From NCBI GenBank assembly GCA_951406725.2, contig OX597840.1, forward strand, positions 16,740,001 through 16,804,000: DNA of 64,000 nucleotides, in the 5' to 3' direction. The notes under the pieces are model-generated. The model searched no databases. It saw only the letters and a list, made by a program, of their open reading frames with translations, and had not been told where the DNA came from. The translations under genes were made by a program, and so were the position numbers. Positions 25,238-38,043 of the stretch are shown piece by piece. Source of the stretch: Octopus vulgaris. Taxonomy: Eukaryota. Numbering within the stretch: the first letter of the stretch is position 1; each line of letters begins with the position of its first letter.

Positions 25238-25618
25238 TGGATCTTGAAAAAATTGAAACATTTGTAGTCAATTTAACATCTTTAACATAAGTAATTAGCT
25301 GTGCTTGTTAACGCTGTAACTGCTTGTTAAATTATCTAATAATCATTACAGATATAATCATAATTGTTCCGGAACAAATGATCAAAATCTAATTAGATTC
25401 CAAAAACAATTCATCTCTATTATTCCTTCACGCTAGTCGATATATTTTTCAAATCTAATACAAAGATTTACCGAAAATTCATTCTACGAATAACGGCATT
25501 ACAATTAAACTCAAACGAATTTGATAACTGATCGAAATCCTGTCTATCATTGGACTTTGGTCATGCTGAGGCAGTGTTTTGAAGAGCTAAAAAAAGTCAA
25601 CAAATCGATTCCAGCACT

Positions 25619-25996
25619 TATTACTGCCGCCCTAGCGAAGGCGGAGATATTGTTTTCAGTCGTGTTTGTTTGTTTGCCCATAGACAAGATATCTCAAGAA
25701 CCGCTGGATGAATTCGGATCAAACTTTCAGGGATGTTTGGCCTTGTGACTGTCAAGAACTGATTAGATTTTGGGATCGATCCAGTTCTGGACAAGGATTC
25801 TGGATTATTTTTCCTGTTTTCTTTTTTGTATTTTTTACTTAATTTTTGAGAGCAGTCGGGTTCATTTTTTAGTATTCTCGTTTGTGAGAGCAGTCGAGTT
25901 TATTTCAGATAGTCTCATTTTAAAAAATCAGCTCCTGCTAATCGATGAGAGGACGTTGGTGTTGCCTTGGCGGAGGTTTGTGTTCTCTGAGTGCTT
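25619..25996 (+). mobile_element. HINE / DINE-1-like non-autonomous Helentron element
   Basis: Starts TTACTGCCGCC with nearby inverted GGCGG, then a (GTTT)n tract, a 3' subterminal GGCGGAGGT and an end CTCTGAGTGCTTT; inserted in a T-rich site of a degenerate family A SINE. Confidence 0.7.
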
Positions 25997-26300
25997 TTTC
26001 TTTATTGTTAAGTCTGGCATTCGTTCTATCTGACTGGTTGAATCATTATGTTACAAGAACGTAAATAAACAAACCAAGGGAGGTCGGAAGACAAACATAA
26101 ATGCATATGTGTACATTGACCCATGCAACGATGGAAAATGACCGTATGTCAATACGCAAATATATATACTTGAGTTTGTATACCAGCTACGTAGGTTGCA
26201 TACATACATACATACATACATACATACATACATACATACATACACGCATTTATATATATATATTTTTTTTCTCTAGTTTCAGCTCAGAGCTACGGCCATG

Positions 26301-26343
<43 letters not shown>

Positions 26344-26451
26344 ATCACGTGACCGACCAGACTATCAGATGTTGCTACACATCGATGGTCACAATGCATT
26401 CACATTGTTTTAGCCTTCGAACGATGCCACCCCGCTGGCTAAGCGAGCAGG

Positions 26452-26488
<37 letters not shown>

Positions 26489-26494
26489 CAAAAC

Positions 26495-26974
26495 TAACTC
26501 CAAACTTACAAGGAAAAATTCAATTTAGTATTAAATCATATTTCACAATATAAATATATAAGATATAAATTACAGATAAAACCACTATTAGGCAACTCAG
26601 ATAGTGATAGAAATAAACCAAATCATAAATAACAAATAAAATATAATTTTATAAAACATATAACTAGATCTCAAAAAGTATAAAAATGAATTATCAATAT
26701 ATAATAAGTAAAAAAACTACGTACGTTTCATGGCTACAATGAAACGTACGTAGTTTTTTTACTTATTATATATTGATCATTCATTTTATACTTTTTGAGA
26801 TCTAGTTATATGTTTTATAAAATTATATTTTATTTGTTATTTATGATTTGGTTTATGTCTATCACTATCTGAGTTGCCTAATAGTGGTTTTATCTGTAAT
26901 TTATATCTTATATATTTATATTGAGAAATATGATTTAATACTAAATTGAATTTTTCCTTGTAAGTTTGGAGTTA
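26495..26974. mobile_element. AT-rich fold-back (about 237-bp arms, 7-nt spacer) of a Penelope-like pLTR truncated inside a hammerhead
   Basis: Arms 26495-26731 / 26739-26974 with a few mismatches; centre GAA-ACGUACGU-A (palindromic stem III plus GUA); related fragment at 27255-27510. Confidence 0.8.
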
Positions 26975-26981
26975 TACTCCC

Positions 26982-27030
<49 letters not shown>

Positions 27031-27192
27031 GTATATATATATATATTATATACTTGGAAATGGATGGATGTGTTGCGTTCAATTAAATAATAATATAAAT
27101 GATTTATATATATATATATATATATAATTAATTAATAAGGGTGAGAGAATTAGATACTAATTTAATAGTATATCTATTCTACACCAAGTGGC

Positions 27193-27250
<58 letters not shown>

Positions 27251-27504
27251 ATAATATTAGGGAGTAAATCCAAACTTACAGGGAAAAATTTAATTTAGGA
27301 TTAAATCTAATTTTATAGTATGAAATTATATATATATATAAATTTATAAGTATAAATTATTAATTAAAATAATTTTTTAAGTTTTAACTTTAAATTTTAA
27401 TAATTTAAATTTTGAATTTATATTTTTTACTAATTAATTTTATTTCTATGTATTGGTTTATGATTTTCACTGCTTGATTTGCCTAATAGTGGTTTTATCT
27501 CTAA

Positions 27505-27536
<32 letters not shown>

Positions 27537-27778
27537 CAAATGTGAGGATAAAATTCTTTTCGAAAAAAAAATATTTTCTCGAAAAAATTTTATCAATGGC
27601 CAGCATATTAAAAAATACCTTTAACGGTTAAATTTATAAACAATTCATAAATGAGGGCAAAAGAAAAATATTCTAATGCCAAATATGCCGAAAAATTGGA
27701 CATATTGTCCATTAACCATATAATTTTTTCACAATACGCACGCTACTCGAATTTATGAATTATATGTATATATATATG

Positions 27779-27873
<95 letters not shown>

Positions 27874-28969
27874 ATATATATATATGGGTACACGACGTCA
27901 CCAACTGTGTAAACAACATGAAGTACGAAAGTAAACGGGTTAAACATACAAAACAACGAGAGAAAAAAGGAAAACAGGACAAGTAGCATAGAGAACGACC
28001 CTTCATCAGTTGTCGGCAGTCTATCTACTCCTCATTTCGAGCATTCAAAGACAATATGAGTCTTCACAGACATATACATATGTGTGTGTGTGTGAAAGAG
28101 AGTTCAACGACCGCTCACAACGGTTTCTGTTGATTATTTTCAGTGAAGAAAAAAAGCATTGGTTTATCTGAGACTATAGCAAAGACACTTGCCTAAGGTG
28201 CTGCGCCGAAGAGCACAACGCAAAACTATGTAGTTACTAAGCGAGCTTATTAATCATTCGGCCGTTTAGGACTATGCTACTGCCCTCTTTAAATAAGATT
28301 TTATTCTTCTTTTCATAATATAATCCAAACGTGGGAAAGACATTTACAATATCTCTTACTAATAACACTACACTGAGATCTCGTTATCTCATACTTTGCA
28401 AATTCGGTTAACTGCATAGGTATATTTCAATGAATGGACTTTTTCCATCCCCGCGTACGCACGTGTGCTCGTGCGTGCGCGGGCATGCATGCACGCGTGT
28501 GTGTGTATGTGTGTACCCCAGCATGGCCACAGCCTCTGTGCGGAAACGTATAAAAGAATAAAAGAATGCATTATATATATATATTTATATATATACAACT
28601 TATAAACAAGGGCTAAAGAAAAAATTCTAATGCTAAATATGCCGAAAATAGACAAATTGTCAATAACCATATAATTTATCACTACAAACACGCGTCTCGA
28701 CGAAAGCCGACAGAAATTTCTAAAAAATTCCGTTATTACCGTATCAGTCCCAATTTCAGAGTTAATTCATAAGAATTTTCTCCTCGTCAGCGATAAATAC
28801 GTAAGACATAAATGAAATACTTATTCATACCCTTGGAAGAAGCAAGTACCAAGTCCTGAGCAGACCTAAGTACTCCAAATATATCCAAAATAGAAAATCT
28901 GCAGCACAACTCAAGATAACCTTTAAAGGTATTTTTTAATACATATATATATATATACACATATATAAA

Positions 28970-29005
<36 letters not shown>

Positions 29006-29077
29006 CATATATATATATATATTTTACAGTATATATATATATGTATACACATACTATATGTATATATATATACAGTG

Positions 29078-29114
<37 letters not shown>

Positions 29115-29151
29115 TATACATACATATATATATATACACGCTCAGTGTATA

Positions 29152-29182
<31 letters not shown>

Positions 29183-29200
29183 CAGTATGTAAATAAATAA

Positions 29201-29267
<67 letters not shown>

Positions 29268-29493
29268 ATTATTTTACATGTTTCAGTCATTAGACTGCGG
29301 TCATACTGGGGCACCGCCTTGAATATATTTTCCGTCGAACTAATCGATTCCATGACTTTTTTTAAACCCTGGTACCTATTCTATCGGTTTTCTATGCCGG
29401 ACTGCTAGATTACTGGGAAGTAAACACACCACCACCGGTTTGACATGTTGTCATGCAGTGGTGAGAGACAACACAAACACACCTACACGTTCC

Positions 29494-29569
<76 letters not shown>

Positions 29570-30107
29570 TACACTCATGTTGCTAACGTATATCTGTCTA
29601 GATGAAGGGAGTTGTTACTGACCGGAAGTACAACACATGATTAACAACCTTTAGGTATTAGCATCGTTGTTATTAGAATATCGTTGAGTATCACAATTAT
29701 TATGGTGTCGTCGAATATATAACATTATGCGTCTGAGCATGCGCACTGATAGCGTGTGTATTAGCGTCCCAACGCAGCGAGACACAGCGTTGCCAGCTGA
29801 CGATGACAAAACACAGCTTACCTGAGTCGCTAAACGCATAAAGCCACCATCGCTGCCTCTCTCCCTCTCCCTCTTTCTCTCTTCCCCCCTCTCTCTCTCT
29901 CTCTCGCTCGCTCGTTCTCCATCCTTCTTATATGTCTATCTTCCTCTTTCAACACACTTCCTTTCTCTCTCTCCCAGCTTTCTTTCTCTTCTTCTTCCCC
30001 CACCTCTCTCTCTTCCACTTATACACATTCATACTTTCAAACACATACCTACAATCGCACACACAGACAGAAATATATATAGACTCATACATACATACAT
30101 ACATACA

Positions 30108-30138
<31 letters not shown>

Positions 30139-30537
30139 CTATGTATGTATGTATGTATGTATGTATGTATGTATGTATGTATGTATGTATGTATCTATCT
30201 ATCTATCTATCTGTCTGTCTGTCTATCTATCTATCTCTCCGTCCGTCTGTGTGTCTGTGTGTCTGTCTGTCTGTCTACATCTCTGTCCCTCTCTTTCTTT
30301 CTCTCTCGCTCCCTATCTCTCTTTCTCTCTCTCTCCCCTTTCTTTTGGCATTGTGTAGTTAAAAGGCTAGCTTCCCAACCACGTGGCCTCGGATTCAGTT
30401 CCGCTACGTGTCGCCTTCGTCCGGTCTCTTCTACTATAGATCCAGTTTCACCATGACTTCGAATGGTTTTAGCAGACGAAACAAGATGGAGACCCATCAT
30501 ATATGCATGTACATATATGTGATGTAATGTGTGTGTG

Positions 30538-31305
30538 TGTATTATACGATCAGGTAGATAGGTAACTAGGTCTGTTTTGAGCCTTCGGATTCATCAGGCT
30601 GGTAACCCAGTTTCCTTCGCGCATACGTGACTGGCATCGCAATATTCTCCCCGAACGAGACCCCGGGGCGTCGCAGGGTAACTAATTTAAAATCAACTGG
30701 AGGAACGTGACATGAAGTGTTTCGATCAAGAATGCAACACACCGCATAGTCCAGGAATTGAATCTGCGATGTAACGGTGGACGCACAAAGATCGCCTTCT
30801 CCCAGGTCCCCGAAGCGAGTCCAAGAGGCCGGGAAGTAGACCAAGAGCGGGATGGTTGACTAATATCCATAGTCCTAGTTCGTTACACTTAGGAATCCAG
30901 CCTGACTGTTGCTTCTTAAAGGACTCTATGTAGAAGATGCCTGAGGGGTCTACTCTCAAGAACTTCCTAGGAATTCTGGGCGTCGGAATTGCATAGGTAG
31001 GTGGAATCAATTACAGAGCGATAGGTGAGATACAATTTTGTCCATTTACGAAGAGGACTCAACTTGCTTCCTCTTGTTTCACACTAAAGGGATGCGAGGT
31101 ACTGCCTAAATTTTTCTGCGGAGCCAAAGTATTGTTTTCCATCACGGCAAGAGACGGAGGGAGAGACAAAGAGCGAGATGATTGGATAATATCCAAGGCC
31201 TCCTTTGGTGATGCTTCAGGATCCTGTCTGATTGTGTACAACGGCTGTTGTTTCTGCTACGAAGCCTATCGAGGAGGTACCCGAGAACCAAAATTCTTTC
31301 TTACA
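30538..31305. mobile_element. GC-richer unique insert, possible solo LTR
   Basis: About 770 bp of complex sequence between microsatellites with TGT...ACA termini; no TSD or recognisable domain. Confidence 0.3.
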
Positions 31306-31931
31306 ATATATACATATGTTTAAATAGAAACAATAATAAATAAATAACTTCCATTCTAGTGTTACCCTTAACTTTCTTACTGTATCTTCCTCTACTGATA
31401 GCCTTGGATCCCTTTAATGTCTTCCTTTGTTCTCTCTGTATTCTTTTTTCCTACCATTAACTCTGTGAGGGTCTCAGTTCCTGGCAGGTGGTGGTCAAAC
31501 TTAATATTCCTTTATAAATCTAAAATTCCTTCAACACTGACCTAGATTTTCTGTCACCACAGAAATAAACTAACCTTTGTCTATGGTGTATTTATGTCTT
31601 CTTACTCCTCTACTCTCTTCCTCCCATTATGTCCTTTATTTGGGCTTGCTACTACAACCAAATTCTGTTTGCAACAACTTAGTTGTGAAATGAACCGACG
31701 TGTAACCAGCAGCTTTCCTCATGTCTCCGGAAATTATACCTACATTTTTATGTAGAAGTTAACAATCCTGAGAAGTTAACAATCCTTTTAAAAAACTTTT
31801 TATAAAACTGTGCATCGTTAGAAAGCATTTTAAGTCTGCTTATAATTCGACTGTAAATTTCATAGAACTCACTCCTAATACTTCATGAGGATAATCAAAC
31901 CCTCTAGGATGTCTGGAAAACATATATGTGA

Positions 31932-32020
31932 TTTAGCTGATGAATACTGGACATTTGTATTTGCTGCAATATTTGCAGCTTCAAATAAAATTGCTCTTAG
32001 TATGAAACAATTGTACTAAA
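31932..32020 (+). ncRNA. type I hammerhead ribozyme, intact core
   Basis: UUUAG-CUGAUGA-AUACU...AGUAU-GAA-ACAAUUGU-A-CUAAA; internal hairpin UAUUUG-CUGCA/UGCAG-CAAAUA; GUA site after 32015; (TA)n 35 bp downstream. Confidence 0.85.
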
Positions 32021-32060
32021 CCACTAATCCATTCTTGTTGCTTTTTTCTTGGTTTTTATA

Positions 32061-32112
<52 letters not shown>

Positions 32113-32826
32113 TAGATACATATATATATATTGTATACACACACAGGCCCAAGCGTGGCTGTGTGGTATAAAGTTCGTTTGGGCAACTAAAAGAAACCTG
32201 TAGTGTATGTGTGTGTATGTGTGCGTATACATACATACATACATACATACATACATACATACATACATACATACATACATACATACATACAAGATACATG
32301 TGTGGCCAGTGGCCACACATGCATCTTGTATGTATTTATTTCTCTTAGCTCATTTGTGTTTAAATGATGCAAGTTACCTTAGGCATGTGAACGCGCGTGG
32401 CCTAGTGGTTAGGCGTGTTCAAGAGATCGTGGTTACGTTGTGTTCTTGAGCGAAACACTTCATTTCACGTTGCCCCAGTAAATGGGCTGTAAATGGGTAA
32501 CCCTGCAAGAGACTAGCCTTCCAATGATGGGGAATGTTGGCCTGCTCACCTAGCCAGCGGGGTGGCATAATTCGAAAGCTAAAGACGAAGCAAAGCGCAT
32601 TGTGACCGGCGATGTATGACAATTTGGGAGAAATTTTTAAATTATGTGATTATCTCCCCTTATCGTGCTGACTGGTTATAACTACCTATTGATAATTACA
32701 ATACATTCTCTAGAGGTTATCTCTCCTTATCGTGCGGCTGGTCATAATTGTTATTTAATAATTGCGATACATTTTCCCAGGGCGGAGATAATTTCAATAA
32801 AAATAAAAATGTGGTTGTATAGTATT

Positions 32827-32877
<51 letters not shown>

Positions 32878-33098
32878 CACACACACACAGACATACATAT
32901 ATATACATACGGTATTTGTCTATGTTATTCAAATATATGCCGCTGGTCACATTGAGTTATCTCTCTTGTCTTTTATCTTTAATCTTGTTTCAGTCTTTAG
33001 ACTGTGGTCATGCTGGGGCACCAGGTATACGTTCGTATATGTAAGTATTCCCATGTTGTATTTATATATATATGTATTTATGTATCTCTTCTGTGTGT

Positions 33099-33156
33099 AT
33101 TCTACTGACGAGGCAAAGCATTCATAAATGCAAAGTCAGAAATCCGGATCTAGAAT
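33099..33156 (+). ncRNA. type I hammerhead ribozyme, intact core
   Basis: AUUCUA-CUGACGA-GGC(AAA-GCAUU/AAUGC-AAA)GUC-A-GAA-AUCCGGAU-C-UAGAAU; 6-bp stem I, palindromic stem III, AUC site after 33150. Confidence 0.85.
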
Positions 33157-33391
33157 TATCCAGTTATTTTTTACTAGCTTCATCTTGTCTCTTTGTTTTT
33201 TTTTCTCCGTGTTGATATATGGACAATTTAGGTGGTTTTAAGGTCAGATCATGGCTGCTAATTTCAGCATGGTGGTATTTCGTAGATACTCTAATTTATA
33301 ATTTTAATAATTATTACTTTTGAAGGTTATTTTTTCCATGCTGACCACTTGATAAAATCGTTATTTTATTTTTAAATTAACGATCTTATCC

Positions 33392-33476
<85 letters not shown>

Positions 33477-33482
33477 AATTTA

Positions 33483-33751
33483 AGTAATAAGGGTGAAAAA
33501 TTGAATATTAATTTGATTAATATCAATTTAAAACCAGTGGCCTAGTATACAGAGAAATCTGAATATTTAGAAAAAAATAATATTACATATATATAAGAGG
33601 GATGACCACTAAGTGGACATCCATTATGCTAGAATTAGACCCCATATGGTCTGATCACTAAGAAAAGATTGCTCTCAAGAAAATTCGAGAACAATCTTTT
33701 CTTAGTGGTGAGACCATATCGGGTCTACCTCTAGCATAATGGATGTCCACT
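33483..33751. mobile_element. pLTR-like fragment ending in a fold-back
   Basis: Same family as 4644-5220; imperfect hairpin 33612-33751. Confidence 0.7.
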
Positions 33752-33784
33752 CTGAATGTGCGTAAGTGCGTGCCTGTGTTCCGG

Positions 33785-33817
<33 letters not shown>

Positions 33818-33895
33818 TGTATGTATGTATGTATGTATGTATGTATGTATGTATGTATGTATGCATGTATGTATGTATGCATGCATTCATGCATG

Positions 33896-33929
<34 letters not shown>

Positions 33930-34378
33930 TGTATGCATGTATGTATGCATGCATGTATGTATGTATGTATGTATGTATGTATGTATGTATGTATGTATGT
34001 ATGTATGCATGCATGCATGTATGTATGTATGTATGTATGTATGTATGTATGTATGTATGTATGTATGTATGTATGTATGTATGTATGCATGTATGTTCCC
34101 TTCTGTTTTTAATCATTCAAATTCTTCCTCTGAAGAAGATAGTTTCCACCAAAGATACAAAGCTTCATCGCTGGAATGTAGATAATGAAAGCAATGTCAC
34201 ATTTTAAACTTGAGAAAAGCTTTGTATGTTTTTACTCTTCCGCGAACAGATTATATTTGTAATGTGCGAATCAGTTGGTTGATTTCCATTTCTGAAAATC
34301 CAAGCTTATCCAGAATGTTACTCAGGTATTTACTCACAAATCCAAATGCATCAATTATTACTATTATTATTATTATCA

Positions 34379-35010
34379 AGGTAGCAAGCTGGCAGAAATG
34401 TTAGCACGCCGGGCGGAATGCTTAGCGGTATTTCGTCAGCCTTTACGTTCTGAGTCCAAATTCCATCGAGGTCGACTTTGTCTTTCAACCTTTCGGGGTC
34501 GATGAATAAAGTCCCAGTTGCGAACGGGGCTCGATCTAATCAACTGTCCCCCTCCCCAAAAGTTTCAGGGCTTGTGCCTATAGTAGAAAGGATTATTATT
34601 ATTGTTATATTAAGGCGGTGAGCTGGCAGAATCGTTAGCATGTCGGACGAAATGCTTAGCAGTATTTCGTCTGCCGCTACGTTCTGAGTTCAAATTCTGC
34701 CGAGGTCGACTTTGCCTTTCATCCTTTCGAGGTCGATTAAATAAGTACCAGTTACGCAGTGGGGTCGATATAATCGACTTAATTTGTTGGTCTGTCCTTA
34801 TTTGTCCTCTCTGTGTTTAGCCCCTTGTGGGTAATAAAGAAATAGGTATTTCGTCTATCTTTATGTTCTGAGTTCAAATTCCGCCGAGGTCGATTTTGCC
34901 TTTCATTCCTTCGGGGTCGATGAATTAAGCCCCAGTTGCGCACTGGAGTCGATCTAATCGACTGGCTCCCTCCCCAAAAGTTTCAGGCCTTGTGCCTAGA
35001 GTAGAAAAGA
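34379..35010 (+). mobile_element. SINE family B array (3 units)
   Basis: Unit with tail 2, unit with tail 1, then a headless unit starting at GGTATTTCGTCT with tail 2. Confidence 0.9.
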
Positions 35011-35451
35011 TTATCTAAGAATGTAAATTTGTAATTTGAATATAGAAGCTGGAGGTTTGTATCCAGCTAATTCTCCAGCACCGTAAGACATTTCGCTTAG
35101 AAGGCCACTCCAATGTAAAACCTACATTTTGCTGGTTAATGTGGCCATCTTGGTGGGCTGAGCTTTTGCGGTCAAACTTCCAAGTCTAAAGAGAATGATC
35201 GGATTGCACGTGCTGACTTCCATTTTAAACTATTAAGGACAGCCAGGAAGAAACGCTCTGTTCTTCATGATCTTCGGACACAAAGTGCTAACATCCTTTA
35301 TACTATAGGCTGAAGGCCTGAAATTTTGGGGGACGAAAGGCAAAGTCGACTCCAGCGGCATTTGAACTCAGAAGGTAAAAAACAGGCGAAATACCGCTTA
35401 AGCATTTTGCCCGGCATGCCAACGATTCTGCCAGTTCACCACCTTCCCTCT

Positions 35452-35765
35452 CTTTATCGTTGGATCAGTGTCCTCCAGTCATTTCTCTCCTGGGCCGCTT
35501 CCTTCAGACTGGCCATGTCAATTCCGGTATCAAGCCAGCGGGTTCTTGGTTGGCCTCTTCCTCTCTTGCCACTGACCATTCCGAGCATGATGTCCTTCTC
35601 CAGGGATTCTCTCCGCATAATATGACCGAAATATGCCGATCTACGCTTGGTGATCCCAGCTTCTAGCGACATTTTCGGCCTTATCTGCTTAAGAACTTCT
35701 CCATTGGTGAGCCTCGCTGTCCATGGAATCCGCAAAAGTCTTCTCCAACACCAAAGCTCGAATGC
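35452..35765 (-). pseudogene. BovB-like RTE LINE 3' fragment
   Basis: AFELWCWRRLLRIPWTARLTNGEVL...AYFGHIMRRESLEKDIMLGMVSGKRGRGQPRTRWLD. Confidence 0.9.
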
Positions 35766-36224
35766 ATGTGTTTTATATTTTTTGTCTTTTACATATTTTA
35801 ATCATTGGATTGCGGCGATGCTGGAGCATCGCGTTTAGAGTTTAGTCGAACAAATAGACTGCAGTTGTCAAGAGAGGCGCAAGCACACACACACGCCGCG
35901 CGCGCACGTGCAGGCGCACGCACACATGCACTCACACACACACGCACAGACGCACTGACACGCGCGCGCACACACGCACGTCCACACGCATACACTCACA
36001 CTCACACACACACACATGTTACTTCTAGCGTGTAAAACCTGCCTGTTGAAGGTAGTTTTCTCTAGTGTTTAAATGTACACTATTTCATATATATATATGC
36101 ATATATATATATATATATATTGGTAAAAACGGTAAGATAACAAAAGATAGAAAGAGACCTCAATATTATATAAATAGAGGAAATTTATCTGTAAAATAAT
36201 ATGTGACAATTATTCAGTAGCCAA

Positions 36225-36285
36225 GATAGCTGAAGAGAAGGTGGTGTAGATTTCCACCTCGGCATCCGAAACTCAGAGTTTTATC
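36225..36285 (+). ncRNA. type I hammerhead ribozyme closing a fold-back
   Basis: GAUAG-CUGAAGA-GAAG...CAUC-C-GAA-ACUC(A)GAGU-U-UUAUC. Stem I is continued by an inverted repeat of about 45 bp (36183-36229 / 36281-36325). Module 36121-36325 lies in (TA)n. Confidence 0.8.
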
Positions 36286-36323
36286 TTGGCTATTGAATAA
36301 CTGTCACATATTACTTTATATAA

Positions 36324-36378
<55 letters not shown>

Positions 36379-36590
36379 TGTAAATAAAGTGTACGGAAAG
36401 CAAAAAACAAAGACAGGTGAGGGAACAACAAGCAATTGTATTAGTTTTAGGCTCGGGGAAAAGTGTAAAAGTCTTTGACGTTTCGAACGTAGACTTTTTG
36501 ACAAAAAGCGATGAGCAGAAGAAAGAGAGGGGGGGGGGAAGAAAACAGAGAGAAAAATATATCGGGATTAACGGTTTGACATGATGAAAA

Positions 36591-36649
<59 letters not shown>

Positions 36650-36689
36650 GTGTATATATATATATATGTATGTGTGTATATATATGGTG

Positions 36690-37561
36690 GATTCTCTCAT
36701 CGAAGACGATGAATGAGGGTTCAGTAAATAACCCTCAACAACTCCTAAGCCCTGTGACACCGCATGTGTATCTTCAATAAAAAAAAAAGCACACATCGAT
36801 GCGCCAAACCTCAGGTGTTATTGAGTGAAAATGGTTCACTGAACAACCGGCACTTTGACTTGTTTAAAGTGGTCATTGCTTGTGCTGAACAAAGCACACT
36901 CTCCCCATCGAATTCACATGGTCTGTACAGGTGCACGGTGTGCCACACGTCACATGATAAAACGATCGCAGGATTTTCTTGTAAGAGTGTTCCGTCTCCT
37001 AGATCAGTTGTGAGAGTCAACACTAAAGGGTCTGATCCACCCTGGTAGGCCTTCTACGCGCCTGGGCACCATACCTATTTCTTTATTACCCACAAGGGGC
37101 TAAACACAGAGGGGACAAACAAGGACAGACATAGGTATTAAGTCGATTACATCGACCCCAGTGCGTAACTGGTACTTAATTTATCGACCCCGAAAGGATG
37201 AAAGGCAAAGTCGACCTCGGCGGAATTTGAACTCACAACGTAGCGGCAGACGAAATACCGCTAAGCATTTCGCCCGGCGCGCTAACGTTTCTGCCAGCTC
37301 GCCTGGGCACCATACCAGGTATTTCTAGGTCCTCGCATGATACAGCCCTAAGACATTTATTGGATGGCCGTTGACTCTCAAGGGTTCTTCCGCCCTTTGA
37401 CGAGTTTTGTTTTTCATCCCACAGGGTGTCCAATAAACACCCTCGTCACCAAGCAAGCTTGGTGGGGTTGCCGGTATAGTCGCCGACGACCCGACCATGC
37501 AACAGGTTGTACTGGGTTACATGTTACCAGTAGCACTCGAAAGTGCTACTGGTAACATGTA
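36690..37561 (-). mobile_element. probable LINE (RTE-type) 5' region interrupted by a family B SINE
   Basis: 37350-37520 matches 14911-15075; capped by a perfect 20-bp hairpin at 37518-37561; left boundary approximate. Confidence 0.5.
37059..37316 (-). mobile_element. SINE family B monomer with 17-bp TSD
   Basis: CGCCTGGGCACCATACC at 37059-37075 and 37300-37316 flanks a full unit. Confidence 0.92.
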
Positions 37562-37570
37562 TGCATATAC

Positions 37571-37612
<42 letters not shown>

Positions 37613-37746
37613 ATAGGCGTAAGGATGACTGTGTGGTAAGTAGCTTGCTTATGAACCACATGGTGCCGGGTTCAGCCCCACAGGCGTGGCACCTTGGGGA
37701 AGTGTCTTCTACTATAGCCTCGGGCCGAATAAGGCTTTGTCGTATG

Positions 37747-37811
<65 letters not shown>

Positions 37812-37876
37812 GGACCCGGGTTGAGTCGGGGTTAACCACAGTAAATAAGGTACTCAATACATAGTAGGGTAAAGTA

Positions 37877-38004
37877 ATTTATTTTATAGAAGGAGCTTCT
37901 ACAGGACTAGAACTGTTTCATTCAGATGAAATCTTCAGGGCTTCCCGAAGATTTCATCTGAATGAAACAGTTCTAGTCCTGTAGAAGCTCCTTCTATAAA
38001 ATAA

Positions 38005-38006
<2 letters not shown>
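37877..38006. ncRNA. fold-back of two minimal hammerhead cores joined head to head
   Basis: Arms 37877-37939 / 37944-38006. Minus strand CUGAAGA-U-UUCA(UC)UGAA-U-GAAACAGUUC; the plus copy has CCGAAGA. The stem I 5' strand is lost at the junction. Module 37811-38006 sits within the (TA)n of a split family A SINE. Confidence 0.7.
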
Positions 38007-38043
<37 letters not shown>

